A DNA stretch of 36,576 nucleotides from a virus (IMGVR_UViG_3300011335_000146:1-36576), one strand, 5' to 3'; shown: positions 19,702-28,847, counted from the stretch's first letter. A program made the numbers and translations. Notes: generated by a model from the letters alone, not told the origin.

Positions 19702-20367
19702 ATGGCTTATACAGCACCCCCCGCAAAAACGGCTATATCAGACACATACCCAAACCCATCAAATGCGGTGGCGCGGGCAGGCTTTGGACAGCTATGGGAT
19801 TATGCAACTGGATTGCTAGGTTTAACTGGTAGCCCGCCTGCGGCACGAACAGCATTAGGTTTAGTCATTGGTACGGATGTGCAAGCATATAATGCAAACA
19901 CTGCGTTTACAAATACTCCACAAACATTTACTGGACTGCAAACTTTTGTTGGCACATCATCTAATGCCGATGCAAAGTTTTCCAATATTTTAGAAGTTGC
20001 AACGGTGTCTGCAACTGCGGCAACAGGCACAATTAACTTTGATGTAACTACGCAATCGGTTCTGTATTACACAACCAATGCTAGTGCAAACTTTACTGTA
20101 AATTTTAGAGGTTCAAGCGGCACAGCATTAAACACAATCATGGCTGTGGGTGAATCGTTATCGGCAACTTTCTTAAATACTAATGGCGCAACTGCTTATT
20201 TTAATAGTGTGGTGCAGGTAGATGGTTCAACCGTAACTCCTAAATGGCAAGGCGGTGCTGCGCCTACACTTGGCAATGCAAATTCAATTGATGCTTACAC
20301 ATACGTCATTATCAAAACAGGTAGTGCTGCGTTTACCATACTTGCATCACAAACAAGATTTGCATAA
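19702..20367 (+). CDS. Tail fibre protein
   Basis: ARTALGLVIGTDVQAY motif; KWQGGAAPT...IDAYTY C-terminal domain. Confidence 0.75.
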   Translation: MAYTAPPAKTAISDTYPNPSNAVARAGFGQLWDYATGLLGLTGSPPAARTALGLVIGTDVQAYNANTAFTNTPQTFTGLQTFVGTSSNADAKFSNILEVATVSATAATGTINFDVTTQSVLYYTTNASANFTVNFRGSSGTALNTIMAVGESLSATFLNTNGATAYFNSVVQVDGSTVTPKWQGGAAPTLGNANSIDAYTYVIIKTGSAAFTILASQTRFA

Positions 20368-20378
20368 TAGGATAAAAA

Positions 20379-23300
20379 ATGCCCCGTCTATCTAAAATTG
20401 GTGCTGCCTGTCTTGCTGCCTTTGGTTATACACAAGGCACAGCAACTATTGCTGCAAATATACTTGTTGTCGCAGGCGGTGGTTCAGGTGCATCAAATGC
20501 AGGCGCGGGTAGTGGTGGCGGTGGATTATTAACATCTATTATTAATTTATCTTTTCTTAATTCATATTCAATCATTGTCGGCGCAGGCGGTGCGGCTACT
20601 ATAGGCGCAGTTGGCGCAATTGGTGGTAATTCTTCAATATCTGGCGCAGGAATTACAACAATTACTGCAACAGGCGGTGGCGGTGGTGGCAATTTTGTAT
20701 CATCTACTGGCGGCAATGGTGGTTCAGGCGGTGGTGGTGGTGCTGCTACAGGTGCAACTACTTCTGGCGGCACTGGAATTTCAGGGCAAGGTAATGCAGG
20801 CGGCACTGGTAATGGAGTTGGTACAGGCGGTGCAGGCGGTGGCGGTGGTGCGAATGCAGTTGGTGGCAATGGCACTTCAACTAATGGTGGTGTTGGCGGG
20901 GCAGGTTTTGCATCAAGCATATCAGGTTCTAGTGTAACTTATGCAGGCGGCGGTGGCGGTTCTGCGGGTGTTGCCGGATTAGGTGGTGCAGGCGGTGTTG
21001 GCGGCGGTGGCGCAGGCGGTGGCGGTGCTACTAATCCGGCTGCAAGTGGTATATCAGGAACGGCAAATCTTGGCGGTGGTGGTGGTGGTGGATGGCAAGG
21101 TGGTGGTGTTTCTATTGGCGGCAAAGGCGGTTCTGGTGTAGTCATTGTTTCATACACATCACCTACACAAATATTCGGTGGCGGTATTGTTACGTTTGTT
21201 GGTGGCAACTGGATTCATACATTTACTACTTCTGGCACATTAGTTCCTATTTCTACTTTTACAGCATCTTATTTATTAGTTGCAGGCGGCGGTGCAGGTG
21301 GTGGCGGTATCGTTACAGGTTCAGGCGGCGGCGGCGGTGGTGCGGGTGGATTTGTAAGCGGAACAGGTTTAACGCTTGATACAAATTCAAATTACATTGT
21401 TACAGTTGGTGCAGGCGGTACAGGCACAGTTGGCATACAAGGGACAAATGGCGGCACATCTAATATTAGTTCTATAGTTACATCAACTGGTGGTGGTGGT
21501 GGCGGAAATTCTACTTTCACAGGTTTGAACGGTGGTTCAGGCGGTGGTGGTTATAAAGCGGGTGCGGGTACTGGTGTTGCCGGACAAGGTAATGCAGGCG
21601 CACAATCTATTAATGGTTCATCTGGTTCAGGCGGTGGTGGCGCAAGTGCGGCAGGTATATCATCAAGTGTTTCACCTGTAGCACTTGGTAATGGCGGCAA
21701 TGGTTCTGCATCATCTTTATCAGGCGCATCCGTTACTTATGCAGGCGGTGGTGGTGGCGGTCGTTATAACGTAGAAACAGGCGGTGCAGGCACAGGTGGC
21801 ACAGGCGGCGGCGGGAATGGCGGTAGCGCAAGTGTAGGTACGGCAGGAACAGCAAACACTGGCGGTGGTGGCGGTGGTGGCGCAGGTGGTTCTGGTGCTG
21901 CTTATGCAGGCGGTGCAGGCGGTAGCGGCATAGTCATTATTAGTTATGCAGGCGCACAACGCATGGCAGGCGGTAACGTCACATTTGTTGGCGGCAATAC
22001 TATTCACACATTTACATCTAGTGGATATTTAAGCGCATTAAAATTAATTGATAGATCATTGCGTTTTAAACAAAGCACAAGTTCGTATTTAAATCGCACT
22101 CCTGCTAGTGCCGGTAATCGTAAAACTTGGACTTATAGCGTTTGGCTTAAACGTGGAAATCTTGATACTGGTGCTTTACAAACTTTACTTGCGGGTTTGT
22201 TTGGTAGTAATAGTGATCGTTTACTTTTTGAAACATCGACAACTTGCTTGACAATGTATGGTGATGATGGTGTTGCGGCTGAGCTAAGAACGACGCAAGT
22301 ATTTCGTGACCCTTCTGCTTGGTATCATATTGTTTTTGCAAGCGACACAACGCAAGCTATTGCAAGTAATAGATGGAAATTATATGTAAACGGAGTGCAA
22401 GTAACTTCATTTTCTACAGCCAATTATCCGGCTTTAAACAGAGATGGCGGTATAAATAATAATACCGTTCAAAGAATCGGCGCGCCTGCACAAGTAGTTA
22501 GTCAATTTTTTGATGGCTATATGACAGAAATTAATTTTGTTGATGGTCAAGCATTAACACCATCATCATTTGGTGGATACAATTCATTTGGTGTATGGCA
22601 ACCAACGCAATATTTAGGTAGCTACGGCACAAACGGTTTTTATCTGCCATTCACAAATAACACAAGCAGCACAACTATTGGATTTGATTTTAGTCCTAAC
22701 CAAAATAACTGGACTGCTAACGGATTTACGCTAACACCGACAACAAGTGTTTTGTATGATTCAATGACAGACGTTCCGACATTGACTAGTGAAACGGCAT
22801 CTAACTGGTGTATTGCTAACTCATTAGATGCGGCAACAAATTTAACAATAAGTGATGGCAATTTAAAATTAGCGGCAAGTGCATCAGGTTCTAAGCTTGT
22901 GAGGTCAAGTTTTGCATTGCCTGATAGTGGCGCATATTATGCAGAGATAACATTTGCAAACTCATCAACTTCAAATATTGGACAAACAATTGGCATTTGC
23001 ACAGCAAGTAGAAGTTTAACAGCCACATTTAATGCTGCGGGAGCATATTTATTTTATGCTTCTAATTTTGGTAATTTAGTTTCTAATGGGACAACAAACG
23101 CATCATTATTAACCACAATTTCTGCAAATGAATTATTCCAAGTTGCAATAGATGTTACCAATAGTAAAATGTGGATTGGTAGAACAAACGTCTGGTATAA
23201 CAGCACAGGTGGCACAACAGGCAACCCATCAACAGGCGCAAATCCTACATTTACAGGCGCATTTGTGGATTACTTTATTTATGCCGGATTTGATACTACA

Positions 23301-23393
23301 TCTGCCGTAACTGCAAATATTAATTTTGGTCAACGCCCATTTGTAGGCACAGTGCCAACTGGCTTTGTTGCGCTTAACACATTTAATATGTAA
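20379..23393 (+). CDS. Large adhesin: two Gly-rich domains, a LamG/ConA-like domain and a SPRY-like domain
   Basis: Two LVVAGGG...GGSG.VI.SY units; RSLRF...WTYSVWLKRG...FRDPSAWYHIV; FDGYMTEINFVDGQAL; NFGQRPF...PTGFVAL. Confidence 0.8.
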   Translation: MPRLSKIGAACLAAFGYTQGTATIAANILVVAGGGSGASNAGAGSGGGGLLTSIINLSFLNSYSIIVGAGGAATIGAVGAIGGNSSISGAGITTITATGGGGGGNFVSSTGGNGGSGGGGGAATGATTSGGTGISGQGNAGGTGNGVGTGGAGGGGGANAVGGNGTSTNGGVGGAGFASSISGSSVTYAGGGGGSAGVAGLGGAGGVGGGGAGGGGATNPAASGISGTANLGGGGGGGWQGGGVSIGGKGGSGVVIVSYTSPTQIFGGGIVTFVGGNWIHTFTTSGTLVPISTFTASYLLVAGGGAGGGGIVTGSGGGGGGAGGFVSGTGLTLDTNSNYIVTVGAGGTGTVGIQGTNGGTSNISSIVTSTGGGGGGNSTFTGLNGGSGGGGYKAGAGTGVAGQGNAGAQSINGSSGSGGGGASAAGISSSVSPVALGNGGNGSASSLSGASVTYAGGGGGGRYNVETGGAGTGGTGGGGNGGSASVGTAGTANTGGGGGGGAGGSGAAYAGGAGGSGIVIISYAGAQRMAGGNVTFVGGNTIHTFTSSGYLSALKLIDRSLRFKQSTSSYLNRTPASAGNRKTWTYSVWLKRGNLDTGALQTLLAGLFGSNSDRLLFETSTTCLTMYGDDGVAAELRTTQVFRDPSAWYHIVFASDTTQAIASNRWKLYVNGVQVTSFSTANYPALNRDGGINNNTVQRIGAPAQVVSQFFDGYMTEINFVDGQALTPSSFGGYNSFGVWQPTQYLGSYGTNGFYLPFTNNTSSTTIGFDFSPNQNNWTANGFTLTPTTSVLYDSMTDVPTLTSETASNWCIANSLDAATNLTISDGNLKLAASASGSKLVRSSFALPDSGAYYAEITFANSSTSNIGQTIGICTASRSLTATFNAAGAYLFYASNFGNLVSNGTTNASLLTTISANELFQVAIDVTNSKMWIGRTNVWYNSTGGTTGNPSTGANPTFTGAFVDYFIYAGFDTTSAVTANINFGQRPFVGTVPTGFVALNTFNM

Positions 23394-23403
23394 GGTATAG
23401 AAA

Positions 23404-24462
23404 ATGCCCACGACATACGCAATCCCTAATGGTGCTACACAATTTGCTGCTACGTTATGGACAGGCAATAGTGGTACGCAATCAATTAATAATGGAGCAA
23501 GCACTTCAGGCACATCATTTCAACCTGATTTTGCTTGGGTAAAAAAACGTACTGGCACAGACAACCATGAATTAACTGATTCAGTTCGTGGCAATAATTT
23601 GCGTTTAGCATCAAATACTACAGACCAACAGTCTGCGGGCGGCATTGCTTTTGCATCAAATGGTTTAACATTAACTGGCGGCTTTGGTACAGATAACCAA
23701 ACTGGTTTTACTTATGTTGGTTATCAATGGAAAGCAAACGGTGCGGCAATAACAAATACCGCAGGTTTAATATCTTCACAAGTAAGCGCAAATCAAACCG
23801 CAGGATTTAGCATTGTTACATGGACAGGCGATGGCTCACTAAGCGCAACGGTGGGACATGGGTTAAATGCCACACCAAAAATGATTATTCAAAAAGGTAG
23901 GGACAGCAGCGTTTATAGTTGGCGTGTATATACTTCGACAATTACAGCAGGAAATATGCTTTTGTTGAATAGCACATCACCACAAATTGCGATAGATGGG
24001 AATGGTGGAATTTCTTCTGTGGGTTTATCTACTTTCGGTTTTTCTGGTGGTGTACCTGCTGTGAATGCAAATACAGAACGCTATGTAGCATACTGCTTTT
24101 CAGAAATAGCAGGATATTCTAAATTTGGCAGTTATACAGGAACAGGTGTTGCTGCTACAGCACCATTTGTTTATTTAGGTTTTAAGCCAAGACTAATTAT
24201 GTTGAAAGCAATAACTACTGGTTCATCTGAAAATTGGATTTTTATTGATACGGCAAGAAATCCTGTTAATGTAAACACAAATCAATGGTTGTATCCAAAT
24301 CTGCCCGCACAAGAAGGAGCAACAACAGCACCTTCTGTAGTTGATATTTTATCTAATGGTTTTAAATTGCGCGGCTTTACTGGCACACCAAATACTTCCG
24401 CAGTAACATATATATATGCAGCATTTGCAGAAAATCCTTTTAAATACGCTAACGCACAATAG
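23404..24462 (+). CDS. Tail fibre-associated beta-rich protein
   Basis: FQPDFAWVKKR, AGFSIVTWTG, VGHGL, GYSKFGSYTG, YLGFKP and YIYAAFAENPF motifs, familiar from aquatic phage tail proteins. Confidence 0.75.
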   Translation: MPTTYAIPNGATQFAATLWTGNSGTQSINNGASTSGTSFQPDFAWVKKRTGTDNHELTDSVRGNNLRLASNTTDQQSAGGIAFASNGLTLTGGFGTDNQTGFTYVGYQWKANGAAITNTAGLISSQVSANQTAGFSIVTWTGDGSLSATVGHGLNATPKMIIQKGRDSSVYSWRVYTSTITAGNMLLLNSTSPQIAIDGNGGISSVGLSTFGFSGGVPAVNANTERYVAYCFSEIAGYSKFGSYTGTGVAATAPFVYLGFKPRLIMLKAITTGSSENWIFIDTARNPVNVNTNQWLYPNLPAQEGATTAPSVVDILSNGFKLRGFTGTPNTSAVTYIYAAFAENPFKYANAQ

Positions 24463-24470
24463 GAAATAAC

Positions 24471-24836
24471 ATGGCACATTTTGCAAAAATAGAAAACGGT
24501 ATTGTTGTGCAAGTAATAGTTGCAGAGCAAGATTTTATAAATACTGGTGTAGTTGGTGACCCTGCATTTTGGGTACAGACTTCATACAATACACGAGGTA
24601 GCGTTCACTACGGTGCAGACGGTCAACCAGATGACGGTGAACCATTACGCAAGAATTATGCGGGCATTGGTTATAGCTACGATGAAACACGCGATGCGTT
24701 TATACCGCCACAACCGTATGAATCATGGATACTAAATGAAGAAACTTGTTTGTGGAATGCGCCAGTTGCAATGCCTACAGATGATAAAATGTATTCATGG
24801 GATGAAGAATCTGAATCTTGGGTTGAAATGGAATGA
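24471..24836 (+). CDS. Conserved phage protein, possible fibre chaperone
   Basis: MAHFA...QTSYN...RKNYAGIGYSYD..RDAFIPPQPYESW motif; AGGA SD. Confidence 0.75.
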   Translation: MAHFAKIENGIVVQVIVAEQDFINTGVVGDPAFWVQTSYNTRGSVHYGADGQPDDGEPLRKNYAGIGYSYDETRDAFIPPQPYESWILNEETCLWNAPVAMPTDDKMYSWDEESESWVEME

Positions 24837-25021
24837 TCATGGCTACAGTTAATGAAATTGATTTAAAAATTGATTCTCACATTGACATTTGCAGTGTTAG
24901 ATATGAAGGCATAGAACGTGAAATGCGTAGTGTTAATGCAAGATTAAAAAGGTTAGAAACAATAATGATTGCAGGCGCGGGAACAATCATTGTTTTGTTA
25001 GTTAATCTTTTATTAAAATAA
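24833..25021 (+). CDS. Small membrane protein, XhlA/hemolysin-like
   Basis: H...C..RY coiled coil, RLKRLE and a C-terminal TM segment; ATGA overlap. Confidence 0.6.
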   Translation: MIMATVNEIDLKIDSHIDICSVRYEGIEREMRSVNARLKRLETIMIAGAGTIIVLLVNLLLK

Positions 25022-25054
25022 GACACCATAGAAACTAAAGTTGTGGTGATGATT

Positions 25055-25207
25055 ATGGATGCCTTAGATTTATTGGTTAAAATTTCGCCTTTGTTGCTTG
25101 CGTTAATAACTCTAATTATTGTTTTATCTAAATTAGATTTACGAGTTGCAGTATTGGAAGAAAAAGTTAAAGCATTATTTGATTTAATAAATAAAAATAG
25201 GAATTAA
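25055..25207 (+). CDS. Small membrane protein (50 aa), absent from the ORF track
   Basis: MDALDLLVKISPLLLALITLIIVLSKLDLRVAVLEEKVKALFDLINKNRN; GGTG SD; ends just before the holin start. Start may be 25049. Confidence 0.7.
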   Translation: MDALDLLVKISPLLLALITLIIVLSKLDLRVAVLEEKVKALFDLINKNRN

Positions 25208-25208
25208 A

Positions 25209-25709
25209 ATGTTGCCATTACTTGTTCCAATTTTGTCACAACTTGCAAGCGCAGGTATGCAAAAGGTTGTTGATTCCGTACTGGACAAAGGCGTACAGCA
25301 CGTAGAAGAAAAATTAGGAATTACATTAACGCCTGATTCAGACGGTAAATTATCGGATGAAAAGCTATCGTCATTAAAAGAAGCGGCAATGAAGCATGAA
25401 GAATTCATGTTTGAGCAAGAAGTAAAAGACAGAAGCAGTGCCAGACAACGCGAAGTTGATATTGCATCAAATGAAAATGTGCCGTTAATAAATAAAATAA
25501 TTACTCCGGCATTGGCAATCTTTGTTATTGCCGCATCATTTGTTTTGTTCTCTGTTTTGATTTTTGTTGATGTGCGCCCTGAAGCTAAAGACATTTTGAT
25601 TTATATTTTGGGTGTATTGTCTGCGGCAGTAACTCAAATCCTATCCTATTATTTTGGTTCTTCACAGGGTAGCAAAGACAAATCAGATTTGCTTGCACTT
25701 AAAAAATGA
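25209..25709 (+). CDS. Putative holin
   Basis: DRSSARQRE, two C-terminal TM helices and YYFGSSQGS; precedes the endolysin. Confidence 0.7.
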   Translation: MLPLLVPILSQLASAGMQKVVDSVLDKGVQHVEEKLGITLTPDSDGKLSDEKLSSLKEAAMKHEEFMFEQEVKDRSSARQREVDIASNENVPLINKIITPALAIFVIAASFVLFSVLIFVDVRPEAKDILIYILGVLSAAVTQILSYYFGSSQGSKDKSDLLALKK

Positions 25710-26140
25710 ACCTATCCGAAAACTTTACGCTAGAAGAAATGATTGCTAGTCAAACGGCGGCAAGGCATAACATTGACCAAACACCATCAAATGAAGTATT
25801 GATGAACCTGCGCCGTTTAGCATTGTTTTTAGAAGATGTGCGAAAGCTATTAGATAAACCAATACAAATAAATTCTGCCTATCGTAGTCCAGAAACAAAT
25901 GCAAAAGTAGGTGGAAAATCAACTAGCCAACATTGTCGTGGTACGGCGGCAGACTTAAAAGTAAAAGGCATGACACCAGATCAAGTGGTAAGAGCAATAG
26001 TTAAATCTGGTTTGCAATATGACCAAGTAATTAGGGAATTTGATTCTTGGACACACATAAGCATTCCAAACGGCAAAGATTTACCGCCAAGAAAACAGGC
26101 ATTAATAATTGATTCCAAAGGTTCTAGGGCGTTTGCTTAA
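25706..26140 (+). CDS. Endolysin, peptidase M15 family
   Basis: LSENFTLEE, SAYRS, SQHCRGTAAD and WTHIS zinc-peptidase motifs. Confidence 0.92.
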   Translation: MNLSENFTLEEMIASQTAARHNIDQTPSNEVLMNLRRLALFLEDVRKLLDKPIQINSAYRSPETNAKVGGKSTSQHCRGTAADLKVKGMTPDQVVRAIVKSGLQYDQVIREFDSWTHISIPNGKDLPPRKQALIIDSKGSRAFA

Positions 26141-26264
26141 ACTTTTTGTTATAACACGCTTTGCAAACCCAACGCCTAGATTTGCGGTTATCGGCTATTT
26201 TCCAATAACCGCCCATCGAGGGTCTTTCTAAAGTGCAATTGCTGCAATAACGATTTGATTCCAT
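26124..26264 (-). CDS. Small zinc-ribbon-like hypothetical protein
   Basis: CSNC...RWVCKAC; likely ATG at 26264. Confidence 0.6.
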   Translation of the reverse strand: MESNRYCSNCTLERPSMGGYWKIADNRKSRRWVCKACYNKKFKQTP

Positions 26265-26280
26265 GCTTGTACTAGCAACT

Positions 26281-26589
26281 TCATAGTTCTTTAATAAACA
26301 CGCCATCTTTATTTAGAAAACCTTTTCTATCCTTAATTTCATTATAAGCAGCTTGGTAACACTGCGTCATGTCAATATCAAGTATGCCACAAATCATGGT
26401 TAGCGTTACTAGCGTATCACCAATACCGTCAATGATGCCTGCCTTATCGTTTGCTTCAAGTGCTGCGCCCAATTCTGCAACTTCTTCTTTGGTCTTTTCA
26501 AACTGTGCAAGCGGCGTACTGTTTTGAATAATTCCTCTATCCTCGCCCCAACGTATAACATCCATTTCAATAATTTTAAATGTTGACAT
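26281..26589 (-). CDS. MazG-like NTP pyrophosphohydrolase
   Basis: WGEDRGI, KTKEEVAEL, DGIGD and AYNEIKDRKG motifs. Confidence 0.88.
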   Translation of the reverse strand: MSTFKIIEMDVIRWGEDRGIIQNSTPLAQFEKTKEEVAELGAALEANDKAGIIDGIGDTLVTLTMICGILDIDMTQCYQAAYNEIKDRKGFLNKDGVFIKEL

Positions 26590-26696
26590 TACTTATCCTT
26601 AAAAATATAAATGATTGCAACAGCACACGCCATTGCAGCTAATGATATGCCAAAAAATATTCCACTTACAATGTATATTGATTTAATCCATTCCAT
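26589..26696 (-). CDS. Single-TM peptide (35 aa), absent from the ORF track
   Basis: MEWIKSIYIVSGIFFGISLAAMACAVAIIYIFKDK; TAATG coupling to the MazG-like gene. Confidence 0.6.
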   Translation of the reverse strand: MEWIKSIYIVSGIFFGISLAAMACAVAIIYIFKDK

Positions 26697-26880
26697 TTTT
26701 ATTCCTTATTTCTGCTTCTACTGCTTCAATCAATTCAAGCGTAGTCCATTTTGGTGCGTTGCGTATAAAAAACAATTTTGCTGTGTCGTTTAACCCAACC
26801 CATTCTGTTGGCTTGCAAACGCATTTTGGTACTAATGGGTGTCCAATAGCATAGCCACAAGTGCATTCTTTTTTAGGCAT
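26683..26880 (-). CDS. Hypothetical protein (EWVGL family)
   Basis: EWVGL...EAEIRNKN shared with the adjacent ORFs. Confidence 0.7.
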   Translation of the reverse strand: MPKKECTCGYAIGHPLVPKCVCKPTEWVGLNDTAKLFFIRNAPKWTTLELIEAVEAEIRNKNGMD

Positions 26881-27325
26881 TGTTCTTTTCCTTTAATTTT
26901 GCTTCTATGGCTTTGGCAAATGAATACAGCAACATACGATCACCCTCAATATTTAATTTACCTGCTTTTTCCACTTCTTCATCCGTCAGACCTACCCATT
27001 CTTTCTTTGGTGGTACTGTGTTTGAAAGTTGTGTCAGTGCATGGCGTAGTTGAGTAGCAAGCCATTCAGAAAATTCTTCTGCTAAAACCTCTGGTTGGTG
27101 TTCTAGAACATCATTAATTTGAAATGATTGAACCCCTATTGAAAAGAAAATATGATTATGTATAGTCCATACTTCCCACGCTACAGGTTTAGGTTCAGGC
27201 TGCGCTAGTCTTGTGCGTATTGCTTCTATTGGCTTATTAAATAAATCAAGATTAGCGTGTGAATATCTACGCTCTGCCCATTCCAATGAATCTAACGCTT
27301 GCTGTAATAGTTCTCTGTCAGTCAT
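26873..27325 (-). CDS. Hypothetical protein (EWVGL family)
   Basis: MTDRELLQQALD, LAQPEPKPVAW, PPKKEWVGLT and IEAKLKEKN. Confidence 0.8.
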   Translation of the reverse strand: MTDRELLQQALDSLEWAERRYSHANLDLFNKPIEAIRTRLAQPEPKPVAWEVWTIHNHIFFSIGVQSFQINDVLEHQPEVLAEEFSEWLATQLRHALTQLSNTVPPKKEWVGLTDEEVEKAGKLNIEGDRMLLYSFAKAIEAKLKEKNNA

Positions 27326-27560
27326 GTGTTCTTCTCCTTTAGCTTTGCTTCAGCCATTGCTAATTTAAAATGCACAGTTCCTCCGCCTTGATAAATCTCT
27401 TGCAGTTCCTCACCAGTCAGCCCTACCCATTCTTTCTTTGGTGGTGCTGTGTAAAGCGGCAAAGGATTAAGTAATTCATCTGGTTTGCCGTGATATAAAC
27501 CAGCGTTGTGACTAATCCACGCCACTGGCTCAGGCTCAGGCTGCGCTAGTCTGGCGCGTA
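26985..27560. repeat. Dispersed direct repeats shared by two paralogous ORFs
   Basis: 26985-27021 vs 27416-27452 (35/37 identical); 27191-27219 vs 27532-27560 (26/29 identical). Confidence 0.85.
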
Positions 27561-27708
27561 GTGCTTCAGCAATATGGTTTGCGCGTGATCTTGCCCATCT
27601 TTCAAACTCACCAAGTGATGCAAGTTCTTCCCAATGACGATAATCTGCGATGGCTATTTGTTCGGCTGTTTCAAGCGCTATTTGCATTACTTCTTTATCA
27701 TTAGGCAT
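27322..27708 (-). CDS. Hypothetical protein (EWVGL family)
   Basis: LAQPEPEPVAW, PLYTAPPKKEWVGLT and AEAKLKEKN; ATG at 27708 follows GGAG. Confidence 0.8.
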   Translation of the reverse strand: MPNDKEVMQIALETAEQIAIADYRHWEELASLGEFERWARSRANHIAEALRARLAQPEPEPVAWISHNAGLYHGKPDELLNPLPLYTAPPKKEWVGLTGEELQEIYQGGGTVHFKLAMAEAKLKEKNT

Positions 27709-27886
27709 TAAATTTTCTCCCAGATATAGCATTGTAGGAATGTAGTTCTTCTGCCCACATTGATTCCTGCATTGCTTTTGAACCTGCTACAAATCCTAAT
27801 TCATAACTAGAAATCAGCAATTTTTTTTCTTCTTTGCCAAACCCTTTTAAATCCTCAATCAGTTTTGTAAATTGTTCTTTGTTCAT
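27701..27886 (-). CDS. Hypothetical protein
   Basis: Overlaps both neighbours in the leftward operon. Confidence 0.7.
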   Translation of the reverse strand: MNKEQFTKLIEDLKGFGKEEKKLLISSYELGFVAGSKAMQESMWAEELHSYNAISGRKFNA

Positions 27887-28176
27887 AGTTCACCTATCAT
27901 TTTTTTAGTATTGAACAAATCTTTATGTGCCGGATAAGTTTCTTGCCATAAGCGGGCATAGAAGGCGATAAAGTTATTGCTGATTTTAAATTCTTCGCCA
28001 GTAGTTACAATGTAAACTTCCCAACGGATGCGATTAATAATCAACCAATGGCTAATCTTTTTGCGCTTTTTGGCGATTGCTTCAAATGCAAACTTTTGAA
28101 AGTATTGCCATACCATTGGGTTTTCGCGGTGATAATCTTGCCATTCTGCTTTACGTTGTTGAAATGTTTGGTTCAT
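27883..28176 (-). CDS. Conserved phage hypothetical protein
   Basis: HRENP.VW..F, IINRIRWE and FKISNNFIAFYAR motifs. Confidence 0.75.
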   Translation of the reverse strand: MNQTFQQRKAEWQDYHRENPMVWQYFQKFAFEAIAKKRKKISHWLIINRIRWEVYIVTTGEEFKISNNFIAFYARLWQETYPAHKDLFNTKKMIGEL

Positions 28177-28177
28177 T

Positions 28178-28390
28178 TTAATTATCCTTCATCATATTGT
28201 TAATTTCGCGGTTTAAATACCAACGCGCCTTTTTTAAATCCTCAAGTGCGTCATTCTTTTTACCTGCCCTGCTTATGTATTTAACAGCATTGCCTAAATT
28301 AAATCCTAATTGCTTTGCTTCAATAAAATCAATTTTTTCAATACCGCCATCTTTATAATGTGGTGGGTCATTAACCATGTCTTTTGTCAT
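28178..28390 (-). CDS. DUF3310 (SaV-like) protein
   Basis: VNDPPHY, GNAVKYISRAGKK and EDLKKARWYL motifs. Confidence 0.9.
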   Translation of the reverse strand: MTKDMVNDPPHYKDGGIEKIDFIEAKQLGFNLGNAVKYISRAGKKNDALEDLKKARWYLNREINNMMKDN

Positions 28391-28725
28391 TGTAATTTTC
28401 CTTCGCCGCGTCTATTAGCATTTTGAGTGCGCCATGCTTCAATAGTTGATGTTGCTGCAACCATGCCCCAACGATTCAATTCATCTTGATATACGGCATC
28501 TTTTAATGCTGTAAGGTGGTCTGTATATGCTTTTGATTTATATGCTTCACGTTCTTGTGAATTGGCGGGTTGCCCTACGTTTAAAGCCATTTGCTGCGCT
28601 TTAATCGTTTTTCGATATTCTTCCATGTACACTTTATTTGCTCTTGCCTGCGCTGCTTTAGGCGCATTGGTTCGCAAATAATCTAATGCTTTTTGCACAT
28701 CATCATCTGTAATTATCTGTTTCAT
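28387..28725 (-). CDS. Conserved helical phage hypothetical protein
   Basis: GAGG SD before ATG at 28725; QEREAY...IEAWRTQNAN. Confidence 0.75.
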   Translation of the reverse strand: MKQIITDDDVQKALDYLRTNAPKAAQARANKVYMEEYRKTIKAQQMALNVGQPANSQEREAYKSKAYTDHLTALKDAVYQDELNRWGMVAATSTIEAWRTQNANRRGEGKLQ

Positions 28726-28746
28726 ATTTCCTCGCATTGAATGGGT

Positions 28747-28847
28747 GGGCTACTCGCAGCACTGTGTCTAGATACTGCCGCTTTTTGTGGTGCGCTTTGT
28801 ATAGAGGCGTAAAAGTCGGACTTACGTCACAGCATTAGCTTTTGCCC
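28747..28847 (-). ncRNA. Candidate structured RNA downstream of ssb
   Basis: Minus strand GGGC-AAAA-GC-TAAT-GCTGTG...CACAGT-GCT-GC-GAGTA-GCCC closing stem with internal hairpins, in a rare intergenic gap. Confidence 0.6.

Noticed and set aside
14082-22007. Pro-rich minus-strand ORFs (14082-14819, 20426-21208 and others)
   Set aside because: These are shadows of Gly/Ala codons on the coding strand.
13106-24836. Diversity-generating retroelement or invertible tail fibre cassette
   Set aside because: No reverse transcriptase, invertase or adenine-specific TR/VR pair was seen.
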